Positions 9,886-18,696 of a stretch of 35,650 nt of DNA are shown here, one piece after another. This stretch comes from Sphingomonadales bacterium. GTDB taxonomy: Bacteria > Bacteroidota > Bacteroidia > UBA7662. The position numbers were made by a program, and so were the translations under genes. The DNA is taken from positions 1 to 35,650 of the forward strand of contig VHBD01000001.1 of assembly GCA_016872125.1 (NCBI GenBank), in the 5' to 3' direction. Position 1 is the stretch's first letter; each line of letters begins with the position of its first letter. Under the pieces are notes generated by a model. The model was not told the origin of the DNA and searched no databases. It worked only from the letters and a program-made list of their open reading frames with translations.

Positions 9886-10503
9886 TTATTTGCGAACCAA
9901 AACCCATGACCCGTTGGCGCCTGGAACAGAGCCCATTACGACGAGTAGATTTTGTTCAGGATATACTTTAACAATTTGTAAATTTTGAGCGGTACAACGA
10001 ACGACACCAGTTTGACCCGCCATACGCATGCCTTTGAAAACGCGGCTTGGGAATGAGGATGCCCCCAAGGAACCTGGCGCTCTCAATCGATTATGCTGAC
10101 CGTGAGTTTGTCCACCAACACCGCCGAAACCATGACGCTTGACCACCCCTTGGAAGCCTTTACCTTTGGTGACTCCGATCACATCAACCTTATCTCCCTC
10201 GCTGAAGAGGGTTACATCCACTTGATCTCCCAATTGAAGATCGCGATCGAATCCCTGAAATTCAGTAACCTTGGCTTTGGGGCCGGTTCCTGCCTTCTTG
10301 AAGTGACCAATTGCAGGCTTATTCGAGGATTTCTCCTTACGATCACCGTAGGCAAGTTGAATTGCCTCGTAACCGTCCTTGTCTTTGGTACGTACTTGGG
10401 TGACAACACAGGGTCCAGCTTCCAATACTGTACAAGGAATCATTGCACCATCGGCTGCAAAAACCGAGGTCATACCAATTTTCTTACCTATAATACCTGA
10501 CAT
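9886..10503 (-). CDS. rplC: 50S ribosomal protein L3 (uL3)
   Basis: 205 aa with [15 protein letters not shown] and [19 protein letters not shown]. Confidence 0.97.
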   Translation of the reverse strand: MSGIIGKKIGMTSVFAADGAMIPCTVLEAGPCVVTQVRTKDKDGYEAIQLAYGDRKEKSSNKPAIGHFKKAGTGPKAKVTEFQGFDRDLQLGDQVDVTLFSEGDKVDVIGVTKGKGFQGVVKRHGFGGVGGQTHGQHNRLRAPGSLGASSFPSRVFKGMRMAGQTGVVRCTAQNLQIVKVYPEQNLLVVMGSVPGANGSWVLVRK

Positions 10504-10507
10504 AACG

Positions 10508-10813
10508 TTAGACTTTGATTTCTACATCCACACCGCTTGGCAATTCCAATTTCATGAGGGCGTCCACTGTTTTGGAGGATGAACTATGAATGTCCATTAC
10601 TCTTTTGTAGGAGCACAATTGAAATTGCTCACGCGCCTTCTTGTTGACGTGTGGGGATTTGAGAACGGTGTAAATTTTCTTCTCCGTAGGCAATGGAATT
10701 GGACCACTAACCACAGCGCCCGTCATTTTGACGGTCTTGACAATTTTCTCCGCCGATTTATCGACCAGGTTGTGGTCGTAGGACTTGAGTTTGATGCGAA
10801 TACGATGGCTCAT
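10508..10813 (-). CDS. rpsJ: 30S ribosomal protein S10 (uS10)
   Basis: 101 aa with [16 protein letters not shown] and [16 protein letters not shown]. Starts 8 nt after the fusA stop. Confidence 0.97.
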   Translation of the reverse strand: MSHRIRIKLKSYDHNLVDKSAEKIVKTVKMTGAVVSGPIPLPTEKKIYTVLKSPHVNKKAREQFQLCSYKRVMDIHSSSSKTVDALMKLELPSGVDVEIKV

Positions 10814-10821
10814 AACGGAAT

Positions 10822-12954
10822 TTAGTCTTTTTCGGCTTTCATGGCCTTGTATTTGGCCAATACATCTTCAGAAATATTCTTGGGTGTTTCGGTATAATGC
10901 GAAAACTCCATGGTGGAGGTTGCGCGACCGGAAGTCAAGGTCCTTAGGACTGTCACGTAACCAAACATCTCCGCCAAGGGCACTTGAGCTTTGATCACCT
11001 GGGCACCGTTGCGGGAATCCATGCCTTGCATTTGGCCTCTACGCTTGTTGAGGTCACCAATAACATCCCCCATATAGTCTTCTGGAGTAATGACTTCCAC
11101 TTTCATGATGGGCTCCAACAAGATTGGGTTGGCTTTGCGGCAAGCTTCACGGAAAGCGGTACGGGCTGCAATTTCAAATGAAAGAGAATCAGAGTCCACC
11201 GCGTGGAAACTTCCGTCAAACAACCTTACTTTCAGAGAATCCATTGTGAATCCAGCCAAAACACCGTTCGCCATGGCTGCTGCAAATCCTTTCTCCACCG
11301 ATGGAATAAATTCTCTTGGTACAGCACCACCGACGATTTCATTAAGAAACTCCAAGCCTGGTTTCTCCAAATCGCCGGGTATGATCTCGACGAAAATATC
11401 GGCAAACTTTCCACGACCACCGGTTTGTTTCTTGTAGACTTCACGATGGGTTACAGGGGCCGTAATGGCTTCTTTGTAGTTTACCTGAGGTGCGCCCTGG
11501 TTGCATTCTACTTTGAATTCGCGACGCAGACGATCCACGATGATTTCGAGGTGCAATTCGCCCATACCGGAGATAATGGTCTGCCCGGTGTCTTCGTCGG
11601 TTTTGACTTTGAAGGTTGGGTCTTCCTCGGCCAACTTGGCGAGGGCATTGCCCAATTTATCCGAATCGGCCTGCGTTTTGGGCTCAATCGCCAAACCTAT
11701 CACCGGGTCAGGAAACTGCATGGCCTCCAGGATAATAGGAGCATTTTCGGCACAAAGTGTATCGCCGGTTTTGATGTCTTTAAAGCCCACCGCCGCGCAG
11801 ATATCACCTGCTTCGACAAACTCAATCGCCTTACGATCGTTGGCGTGCATTTGGAAAAGGCGTGAAATACGCTCTTTCTCCATAACAATTCCTTTATCTG
11901 GCTCGTTACGGACCTTCATCACATAGGAACCCGCGTCCAGACGACCGCTATACACTCGGAAAAATACCAAACGACCTACAAAAGGATCGGTTGCTACTTT
12001 GAAAGCAAGGGCACAGAACGGAGCATCCACCGAAGGCTTCCGTGATTCTTCTACGTCGGTTTTGGGATTGGTACCGGTAACGGCCTCCTGATCAACAGGA
12101 GCCGGCAGGAAGGCACAAACTGCATCCAATACTGCTTGAACCCCTTTGTTTTTGAAGGCGGAACCGCAAAGCATCGGAACGACCTTTTGGTCACAAACCG
12201 CTTTGCGCAAAGCTGAACGAATTTCTTCTTGGGTAATGGAATCTGGATTATCAAAAAACTTTTCCAACAAGGCGTCATCGTATTCAGCACAGACTTCGAT
12301 GAGTTGCTGACGGTATTTGTGGGCTTCATCCACCAAGTCGGCAGGCATATCAATCACCTCGAATGTCATTCCTTTGGAGGCTTCATCCCAAACAATGGCT
12401 TGGTTGGTGATCAAATCCACCACACCTTTGAAATGTTCTTCGTCCCCGATAGGGATCTGAATAGGCACTGCATTGGAACCCAACATGTCTTTGACCTGCT
12501 GACAAACTTTGAAGAAGTCAGATCCTTGACGGTCCATTTTGTTCACAAAGCCCAAGCGGGGCACTTTGTAATTGTCGGCGAGGCGCCAATTAGTTTCGGA
12601 TTGAGGTTCTACGCCATCCACAGCAGAGAACAAGAAAACCAAACCATCCAAAACGCGGAGGGAGCGGTTAACCTCTACAGTGAAATCCACGTGACCCGGG
12701 GTATCAATGATGTTCACCGCATACTCCTTGTCTTGCCATTTCCAAGAGGTTTTGGTCGCAGCGGAGGTAATGGTGATCCCACGCTCTTGTTCTTGGGCCA
12801 TCCAGTCCATGGTGGCGGCCCCGTCGTGGACCTCCCCAATTTTGTGGGTCATCCCGGTATAATAGAGAACGCGCTCTGTGGTCGTGGTTTTGCCGGCATC
12901 AATATGGGCTGCAATTCCGATATTGCGGGTAAAGCCTAAATCCTTCTGTGACAT
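10822..12954 (-). CDS. fusA: Translation elongation factor G
   Basis: The ORF track runs to 13095 and overlaps rpsG. The ATG at 12954..12952 gives [34 protein letters not shown], the conserved EF-G start with the G1 motif. DTPGHVDF and NKMDR are present. 710 aa. Confidence 0.97.
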   Translation of the reverse strand: MSQKDLGFTRNIGIAAHIDAGKTTTTERVLYYTGMTHKIGEVHDGAATMDWMAQEQERGITITSAATKTSWKWQDKEYAVNIIDTPGHVDFTVEVNRSLRVLDGLVFLFSAVDGVEPQSETNWRLADNYKVPRLGFVNKMDRQGSDFFKVCQQVKDMLGSNAVPIQIPIGDEEHFKGVVDLITNQAIVWDEASKGMTFEVIDMPADLVDEAHKYRQQLIEVCAEYDDALLEKFFDNPDSITQEEIRSALRKAVCDQKVVPMLCGSAFKNKGVQAVLDAVCAFLPAPVDQEAVTGTNPKTDVEESRKPSVDAPFCALAFKVATDPFVGRLVFFRVYSGRLDAGSYVMKVRNEPDKGIVMEKERISRLFQMHANDRKAIEFVEAGDICAAVGFKDIKTGDTLCAENAPIILEAMQFPDPVIGLAIEPKTQADSDKLGNALAKLAEEDPTFKVKTDEDTGQTIISGMGELHLEIIVDRLRREFKVECNQGAPQVNYKEAITAPVTHREVYKKQTGGRGKFADIFVEIIPGDLEKPGLEFLNEIVGGAVPREFIPSVEKGFAAAMANGVLAGFTMDSLKVRLFDGSFHAVDSDSLSFEIAARTAFREACRKANPILLEPIMKVEVITPEDYMGDVIGDLNKRRGQMQGMDSRNGAQVIKAQVPLAEMFGYVTVLRTLTSGRATSTMEFSHYTETPKNISEDVLAKYKAMKAEKD

Positions 12955-12997
12955 GGTGTAGGGGTATGAACCTTGGTGGCTTAAGTTTGGAATAGGT

Positions 12998-13465
12998 TTA
13001 GAATCGGAAATGTGAGAAGGCTTTGTTGGCTTCGGCCATGCGGTAAGTGTCTTCTTTCTTCTTGACGGCGGCTCCTTCCCCTTTGGAAGCAGCAATGATT
13101 TCGGCAGTCAGTTTATCGGTCATGGTCTTTTCGTTTCGTTTGCGCGCATAACCAATTAACCAACGCATTCCCAGGGCCTGTTTGCGGTTTGGCTTGACTT
13201 CTACAGGGACCTGGAAGGTAGAACCGCCCACACGGCGGCTCTTGACCTCCACACTGGGCATCACATTGTTCAGGGCACGGCGCCATACTTCGATACCGGG
13301 CTCGGATAATTTCTTTTCGATGTTTTCTACCGCTTCGTAGAAAATCTGACTTGCGGTACTCTTCTTCCCGTCGTACATCATATTGTTGATGAACTTGGTG
13401 ACGATTTCGTCTTGGAATTTGGGATCCGGTTCAACGAAGCGCTTTTTGGCAGCGGTTTTTCTCAT
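12998..13465 (-). CDS. rpsG: 30S ribosomal protein S7 (uS7)
   Basis: 155 aa with [19 protein letters not shown] and the [11 protein letters not shown]-terminus. Confidence 0.97.
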   Translation of the reverse strand: MRKTAAKKRFVEPDPKFQDEIVTKFINNMMYDGKKSTASQIFYEAVENIEKKLSEPGIEVWRRALNNVMPSVEVKSRRVGGSTFQVPVEVKPNRKQALGMRWLIGYARKRNEKTMTDKLTAEIIAASKGEGAAVKKKEDTYRMAEANKAFSHFRF

Positions 13466-13492
13466 GACTTAACCTTATGAACTATTAAATTA

Positions 13493-13897
13493 TTATTTGC
13501 CACCCTTGCCTTTGGTTGGTGCAGCGGCTTGTTTGGCCTTGGCACCGTATTTGGAACGGCCTTGTTTGCGGCCATTCACACCGGCGGTATCCAAAGCACC
13601 GCGGATAATATGGTAACGGACACCGGGCAGGTCTTTCACACGACCACCGCGTATCAATACAATGGAGTGCTCTTGCAAATTGTGACCCTCCCCCGGGATA
13701 TAGGCGTTGACCTCCTTTTGGTTGGTCAAACGAACACGGGCCACTTTCCTCATCGCAGAATTGGGCTTTTTGGGGGTGGTGGTGTAAACGCGGGTGCAGA
13801 CCCCGCGACGCTGGGGACAAGAATCCAAGGCGGGGGATTTGCTCTTGTCCGCTTTGTGTTCACGTCCGTTTTTGACCAATTGCTGAATGGTGGGCAT
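13493..13897 (-). CDS. rpsL: 30S ribosomal protein S12 (uS12)
   Basis: The ORF track runs to 13981. The ATG at 13897..13895 gives [12 protein letters not shown], the conserved uS12 start. [18 protein letters not shown] is present. 134 aa, ending in a short Lys/Ala-rich tail ([15 protein letters not shown]). Confidence 0.97.
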   Translation of the reverse strand: MPTIQQLVKNGREHKADKSKSPALDSCPQRRGVCTRVYTTTPKKPNSAMRKVARVRLTNQKEVNAYIPGEGHNLQEHSIVLIRGGRVKDLPGVRYHIIRGALDTAGVNGRKQGRSKYGAKAKQAAAPTKGKGGK

Positions 13898-13945
13898 AAG
13901 TTCGGTTTCTGGGGTTGTTCGGAATACCCTATTTTTGAGGGAGTG

Positions 13946-13977
13946 CAAAAGTAGGTTATTTTGTGTGTAATTCCAAG
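13946..13977 (-). promoter_or_regulatory. Candidate Bacteroidota-type promoter for the rpsL super-operon (-33 CTTG, N20, -7 TACTTTTG)
   Basis: The minus strand reads CTTG (13977..13974), then a 20-nt spacer, then TACTTTTG (13953..13946). The -7 box matches the TAnnTTTG consensus at all defined positions. The -33 box matches TTTG at 3 of 4. The spacing lies within the reported 19-21 nt. It sits ~49 nt upstream of the rpsL ATG. Motif match only, with no transcript data. Confidence 0.35.
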
Positions 13978-14060
13978 GCAATAGGCCATTTTTTTAAACA
14001 AATTCGAGGTTCAAGGGGACTTTATCCACAAAAATCTCTTCTCGGCTCATTTGCTGGCCT

Positions 14061-14068
14061 TACCTTTG
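14061..14068 (+). promoter_or_regulatory. Candidate -7 box (TACCTTTG) for the aminopeptidase gene
   Basis: The plus strand TACCTTTG at 14061..14068 matches TAnnTTTG perfectly and lies 15 nt upstream of ATG 14084. There is no good TTTG at the expected -33 position (TCTT/CTTC there). The box lies inside the TTG-initiated ORF extension (14051), which argues for the ATG at 14084 as the true start. Confidence 0.3.
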
Positions 14069-14083
14069 GAAAATAACCAGAAA

Positions 14084-15376
14084 ATGCGCTATCAACCCCT
14101 GAATTCCTCCTTGTATGCAGCCAATCGGCATCGTTTTGCCGCGCAATTGCCCCCCGGATCGATCGCGGTCTTGGTTTCATCCGACCAAGTTCCTTCCAAC
14201 GGAGACGCTTTCTACCCCTACAAGCCTGACTCCAATTTGTATTGGTTAACCGGCATCGATCAGGAGCAGACTGCCCTCCTTTTGTTCCCGGATTGTCCCA
14301 ATCCTGCATTCCGAGAGGTCCTGTTTGTCAGGGAAACCAGCCCCCAGCTGGCAGTTTGGGAAGGCCCAAGGTATAACCTGGCCGAAGCATCGGCTCTGTC
14401 CGGCATTCAAGAAGTCATGTGGCACAAGGAATTTGAGACGGCCCTGTGGACCCAAATGAAGTATGCCACGGATTGTTGGCTGGCGCTTAACGAAAACGAC
14501 CGGGCCTCCAAATCCCCTGTTACGAGTGCTGCCCAAAGGCTCGAGAATCAACTCCGCGCAGATTTCCCGCTGCACGGCTATCATCGGGCTTCCCCTATTC
14601 TGGATCGGCTGCGCTCCGTCAAGCAGGATCAAGAGCTCGTGGCCATCCGTAAGGCAATCGAGATCACCCACCAGGCTTTCATGGAAGCAGTCAAAGCCCT
14701 CAAACCAGGGCTCAAAGAGTATCAAGTGGAGGCCATTTTGGCAGGAACTATGCTCAGCCAAGGCGCAGAAGGCTTCAGTTTTGAGCCCATTATGGCATCG
14801 GGCGCCCATGCATGCATTCTTCATTATACCCGAAATGACGGGCAATGCCAAGACGGAGACCTCATGCTCATGGACTTTGGCGCCAATTATGCCCATTATG
14901 CGGCCGATTTGACCCGCTGTGTGCCAGTAAATGGTCGATTCAGCGCCAGGCAAAAAGAGGTATACGACGCCGTTCTCCATGTTCAACGGCAATCGATGGC
15001 GCTCTTGACGGTGGGTCGCTCTTTGGATCAGTACAACAAAGAGTCCGCTCTTCTCATGCAAGATGCTCTTTTAGGTCTTGGTCTCCTCACCGATAAAGAC
15101 ATTCAAAAACAAGATTCGGCCAACCCCGCCTACAAGAAATATTTTCCTCACGGTACTGGGCATTTCCTAGGTATTGACGTCCATGATGTAGGCGCCAGGT
15201 TCGAACCCCTGCAGGCCGGTATGCTGATCACCTGCGAGCCGGGGATCTACATCCCCGAAGAGGGATTGGGGATTCGGATCGAAAACGATGTTTTGGTCAC
15301 CGAGCAAGGTCCGGTGGATTTGATGAGCAGCTTACCCATCCTCACCGACGAAATCGAAGAGGCATACCACCGTTAG
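14084..15376 (+). CDS. pepP: Xaa-Pro aminopeptidase, M24B family (aminopeptidase P-like)
   Basis: The only plus-strand gene. The M24 pita-bread metal ligand context is intact (DFGANYAHYAADLTR, HGTGHFLGIDVHD, CEPGIY, IRIENDVLV), with a creatinase/AMP_N-like N-terminal half. The ORF track starts at TTG 14051. I prefer ATG 14084 (MRYQPLNSSLY), which gives 430 aa. Confidence 0.85.
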   Translation: MRYQPLNSSLYAANRHRFAAQLPPGSIAVLVSSDQVPSNGDAFYPYKPDSNLYWLTGIDQEQTALLLFPDCPNPAFREVLFVRETSPQLAVWEGPRYNLAEASALSGIQEVMWHKEFETALWTQMKYATDCWLALNENDRASKSPVTSAAQRLENQLRADFPLHGYHRASPILDRLRSVKQDQELVAIRKAIEITHQAFMEAVKALKPGLKEYQVEAILAGTMLSQGAEGFSFEPIMASGAHACILHYTRNDGQCQDGDLMLMDFGANYAHYAADLTRCVPVNGRFSARQKEVYDAVLHVQRQSMALLTVGRSLDQYNKESALLMQDALLGLGLLTDKDIQKQDSANPAYKKYFPHGTGHFLGIDVHDVGARFEPLQAGMLITCEPGIYIPEEGLGIRIENDVLVTEQGPVDLMSSLPILTDEIEEAYHR

Positions 15377-15421
15377 GATTCAGCACAATGGGGGTGCATT
15401 GGCAAACTATAACGGCTAGCC

Positions 15422-16711
15422 TTAGCGTTTGGCTATCGGGACATAGTCCCTGCGAGGATGACCCATATAAACCTGTCGAGGCCTACCGATGGGCTCGTTC
15501 ATTTCACGCATTTCTTTCCACTGTGCAATCCAGCCGGGTAAGCGGCCAAGCGCAAACATGACCGTGAACATATCGGTAGGAATTCCAATGGCCCGGTAAA
15601 TGATACCGGAATAAAAGTCAACGTTCGGATATAACTTCCGTTCTATGAAGTATTCATCTTGTAAAGCGGTGTGCTCTAATTGTTTGGCTATATCCAAGAC
15701 TGGATCGCTTACCCCTAATTTGTTGAGGACCTGATCGCAAGCCTCTTTGATAATGCGTGCCCGTGGGTCAAAGTTTTTGTACACTCGGTGACCAAATCCC
15801 ATAAGCCTGAAGGAATCGTTCTTGTCTTTGGCCCTGGCAACAAATTTGGCCACTTGCCCACCCTCTGCACGAATTTGTTCTAGCATTTCAATGACAGATT
15901 GATTGGCACCGCCATGCAAGGGACCCCATAATGCGCCGAATCCAGCCGCGACCGCTGCATAGATATTGGCGTGGGATGATCCCACCAATCGCACCGTAGA
16001 TGCTGAGCAATTTTGCTCGTGATCGGCATGGAGAATGAGCAATTTGTTCAAAGCATCGACCACCACCGGATCGGCGATATAATCGTCTGTCCGATGACCG
16101 AACATCATCTGTAAGAAATTACTCACGTAATCCAGTTTGTTGTTGGGGTACATGTAGGGATGACCCAAGGACTTCTTGTAGGTCCATGCAGCTATGGTGG
16201 CCATTTTAGCAAGGAGGCGATGATAAGTCCTGTTCATTTCGGCCAAGGGCCTGTCGGGAATCAGGGAATTAGGATAAAAACTGGACAGAGATGCCATGGT
16301 GCTCATCAAAACGCCCATAGGGTGGGTGGAAGCGGGATAAGCATCAAGGAATTTCTTAATGTTTTCATGAACCAAGGTTCGGTGAGTGACGCTATGGTTG
16401 AAATCATCCAGCTGAGTTGAAGTAGGAAGTTCACCATAAATTAACAAGTACGACACCTCCATAAAAGTGGAATGGGCCGCCAATTGCTCAATCGGGTATC
16501 CTCGATAACTTAAGATCCCGGCATCTCCATCAATGAAGGTCACCGAGGATTTGGTGGCACCTGTGTTTTTGTAACCTATATCCAAAGTCACCAAACCGGA
16601 TTCGTCTCTCAATTTGGAAATATCGATTGCCGGTTCGTTTTCGGTACCGACTAGCAGGGGAAGTTTAAAAATTTGGCCTTTGTAATGGAGTTCGGCGTAA
16701 TCGTTGGACAT
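15422..16711 (-). CDS. gltA: Citrate synthase (type II)
   Basis: 429 aa with the citrate synthase signature GFGHRVYKNFDPRA and LILHADHEQNCSAST. Confidence 0.96.
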   Translation of the reverse strand: MSNDYAELHYKGQIFKLPLLVGTENEPAIDISKLRDESGLVTLDIGYKNTGATKSSVTFIDGDAGILSYRGYPIEQLAAHSTFMEVSYLLIYGELPTSTQLDDFNHSVTHRTLVHENIKKFLDAYPASTHPMGVLMSTMASLSSFYPNSLIPDRPLAEMNRTYHRLLAKMATIAAWTYKKSLGHPYMYPNNKLDYVSNFLQMMFGHRTDDYIADPVVVDALNKLLILHADHEQNCSASTVRLVGSSHANIYAAVAAGFGALWGPLHGGANQSVIEMLEQIRAEGGQVAKFVARAKDKNDSFRLMGFGHRVYKNFDPRARIIKEACDQVLNKLGVSDPVLDIAKQLEHTALQDEYFIERKLYPNVDFYSGIIYRAIGIPTDMFTVMFALGRLPGWIAQWKEMREMNEPIGRPRQVYMGHPRRDYVPIAKR

Positions 16712-16848
16712 GGTTTATGGTGTGGTAAGAAACTTGTGGTGATAAGGGAAGGAAATTAAAGCTGTTGAGTAAACCATGGAGGCTTTTAACAACCACAATC
16801 TTCTACCCTACAAAATTGCACACAATTCACCGATTTCGGAAAAAAAAT

Positions 16849-18279
16849 TTACAGCCCTTTTATCGCTTGGATCAGGTCACCCAGAACTGCCTTGGCATCC
16901 CCAAACAACATGCGGGTTTTGGGATCGTAGAACAATTCGTTTTCGACCCCGGCATAGCCTGCCGCCATGGACCTTTTGATGACAATGATGTTCCGGGCTT
17001 GATGAACTTGCAGAATGGGCATGCCGTAAATAGGACTACCGGGATCGTTCTCTGCGGCCGGATTGACGACATCATTGGCCCCGATGACCAATACCACATC
17101 CGTGAGCGGGAAATCCGGGTTAATGGCCTCCATTTCCACCAACAAATCGTAGGAGACATCGGCTTCGGCCAGCAGGACATTCATATGACCCGGCATACGA
17201 CCGGCAACGGGATGAATGGCGTATTTGCATTCGGCCCCTTTGGCTGCAAGGATTTTTTCCAATTCATGAACCAGGTGCTGAGCCTGAGCCACCGCCAACC
17301 CGTATCCGGGCACCACGACAACCCGCGAAGAATAGGCCAAAAGAACCGCCGTGTCATAAAGGCCAATTTCTTTGATTTGCCCACTCAGCTCCCGGGCCGC
17401 TTGACCCGATCCCGAGTTAAACTGACCCAAAAGCACCGCTCCAAGCGTCCTGTTCATGGCTTTGCACATAAGCATGGTCAAATAAATTCCCGAAGCCCCT
17501 ACCAAGACCCCACCCATTAACATCGCCCGGTTATCAAAGAGCAAGCCCGTCGTCGCCGCCGTGAGTCCAGTGAGCGAATTCAAAAAGGAGATCACCACCG
17601 GCATATCCGCCCCGCCTATAGGCAGCACAAACAAAACCCCGTAAACCAAGGACAATATCATCAAAGTCACAATAAGGGGTAACGCGTAGGATGGCAAAGT
17701 GGCAATGGCCACCGTAAGGACCAGCATGATCACCAAAAGGCCGTTGGTCACCAAGCCCTGCATGGGAAAGCGAAGCGGCTGACCGCTCACTTTGCCGTCC
17801 AATTTAGCCATGGCCATCACCGAACCGGTAAACGAAATTCCTCCTACCGCAAGGCTAATCATTAAAGTAACCACATAGAACAGGAGATAATATTGGCCCA
17901 AGACTCCCATGCCCATAACCTCCATCAACAAATTCACCATCGCATTCCCGTAGAACATGTCCACGACTTCGGAAAGGGCAACCAGGGCTGCGGCCAAGCC
18001 CCCAAAGCCGTTAAGCAAGGAGACCATTTGAGGCATTTCGGTCATTTGGGCTTTGGAGGACATCCGCATTCCCCACCAAGACCCCAGGGCCAAGGAGATC
18101 AAAATCAAGGGCAGATTGCCTAAGCCGGGTTGCATCAAGGTGACCAAAGTGGCCAGTCCCATCCCCAAGGCCAAGGTCCAATTGCCCCTACGGGCCGTAT
18201 CAGGATGGCTCATGCCCTTGATACCCAACACAAAGCAAACAAGGGCGACCAAGTAACCGATTTGGATAGGGGTTTCCAT
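16849..18279 (-). CDS. pntB: NAD(P) transhydrogenase subunit beta
   Basis: 476 aa. The N-terminal half is multi-pass membrane. The C-terminal dIII NADP(H) domain has PGYGLAVAQAQH, AIHPVAGRMPGHMNVLLAEA and VIGANDVVNPAA. Confidence 0.96.
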   Translation of the reverse strand: METPIQIGYLVALVCFVLGIKGMSHPDTARRGNWTLALGMGLATLVTLMQPGLGNLPLILISLALGSWWGMRMSSKAQMTEMPQMVSLLNGFGGLAAALVALSEVVDMFYGNAMVNLLMEVMGMGVLGQYYLLFYVVTLMISLAVGGISFTGSVMAMAKLDGKVSGQPLRFPMQGLVTNGLLVIMLVLTVAIATLPSYALPLIVTLMILSLVYGVLFVLPIGGADMPVVISFLNSLTGLTAATTGLLFDNRAMLMGGVLVGASGIYLTMLMCKAMNRTLGAVLLGQFNSGSGQAARELSGQIKEIGLYDTAVLLAYSSRVVVVPGYGLAVAQAQHLVHELEKILAAKGAECKYAIHPVAGRMPGHMNVLLAEADVSYDLLVEMEAINPDFPLTDVVLVIGANDVVNPAAENDPGSPIYGMPILQVHQARNIIVIKRSMAAGYAGVENELFYDPKTRMLFGDAKAVLGDLIQAIKGL

Positions 18280-18281
18280 AT

Positions 18282-18602
18282 TTATTTCTTTTTGCGGAAC
18301 ATATTGAGCATGCGAGCGGTCACTGCAAATCCGCCAACTACATTAACCGTGGCCAGCACCAAAGACAAAGAAGCCAAAACCAAAACAGACCAGTGAGCAT
18401 CTTCGGCCCTGCCCACCATCAAGATGGATCCAATCACCACTACCCCGGATAAAGCATTCGAGCCCGACATCAAAGGGGTATGGAGCACCTGGGGAACACG
18501 TCCAATGACCTCGATGCCCAGAAACACCGCCAAGATCAACAAATACAATTCAGGCAAAACACTTTCAATCAATGCGGGAATTTCTCGAACACTGAATTCC
18601 AT
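18282..18602 (-). CDS. pntAB: NAD(P) transhydrogenase subunit alpha part 2 (membrane segment)
   Basis: 106 aa, three predicted TM helices, with HTPLMSGSNALSGVVVIG and the C-terminal GGFAVTARMLNMFRKKK. These match the C-terminal membrane part of a fused PntA. It ends 2 nt before the pntB start. Confidence 0.92.
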   Translation of the reverse strand: MEFSVREIPALIESVLPELYLLILAVFLGIEVIGRVPQVLHTPLMSGSNALSGVVVIGSILMVGRAEDAHWSVLVLASLSLVLATVNVVGGFAVTARMLNMFRKKK

Positions 18603-18696
18603 AAATTCAAAAATTAAAGGTTGGTAAAAGAGCTAATAGGCAGGGAGTAGCCCATATTGGAAGGTATTGACCCTTGAGGAAACCAAACGGTCATGG

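Noticed and set aside
12955-13095. N-terminal 47-codon extension of the fusA ORF in the six-frame track ([15 protein letters not shown]...).
   Set aside because: It overlaps the 3' end of rpsG in another frame and has no EF-G-like sequence. The conserved EF-G N-terminus begins at ATG 12954.
13485-13820. 111-aa same-strand alternative-frame ORF inside rpsL. Numerous other 60-100-aa alternative-frame ORFs occur inside r-protein genes.
   Set aside because: They are embedded in highly conserved coding sequence, have no independent start context or motif, and are expected by chance.
13898-13981. 28-codon upstream extension of the rpsL ORF ([20 protein letters not shown]...).
   Set aside because: uS12 universally starts at MPTI.QL. 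The extension would swallow the candidate -7 box and looks like non-coding leader that happens to be open.
14246-15061. 271-aa ORF antisense to the aminopeptidase gene. Similar long antisense ORFs occur at 16765..17520 (251 aa, opposite pntB), 12229..12939 (236 aa, opposite fusA), 24462..25124 and 11203..11865 (220 aa each), and 5037..5618 (193 aa).
   Set aside because: All lie wholly inside strongly supported genes on the other strand. Their translations are low-complexity and rich in Arg, His, Gly and Pro with no recognisable motifs. This is typical of shadow ORFs produced by codon bias.
15386-15401. Inverted repeat CAATG-N6-CATTG in the 45-nt convergent gap between the aminopeptidase gene and gltA, considered as a bidirectional terminator.
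   Set aside because: It has only a 5-bp A/T-rich stem that cannot be extended, and no flanking T/A tracts. That is too weak to call.
16825-16846. CCGATTTCGG short inverted repeat next to an A8 run downstream of pntB, considered as an intrinsic terminator.
   Set aside because: The stem is 3-4 bp. On the transcribed (minus) strand the T-run precedes the hairpin rather than following it, which is the wrong geometry.
18614-18694. 26-codon minus-strand ORF (MTVWFPQGSIPSNMGYSLPISSFTNL) filling the pntAA-pntAB spacer.
   Set aside because: It is too short and has no membrane or signal character and no recognisable motif. It cannot be distinguished from chance without conservation or Ribo-seq data.
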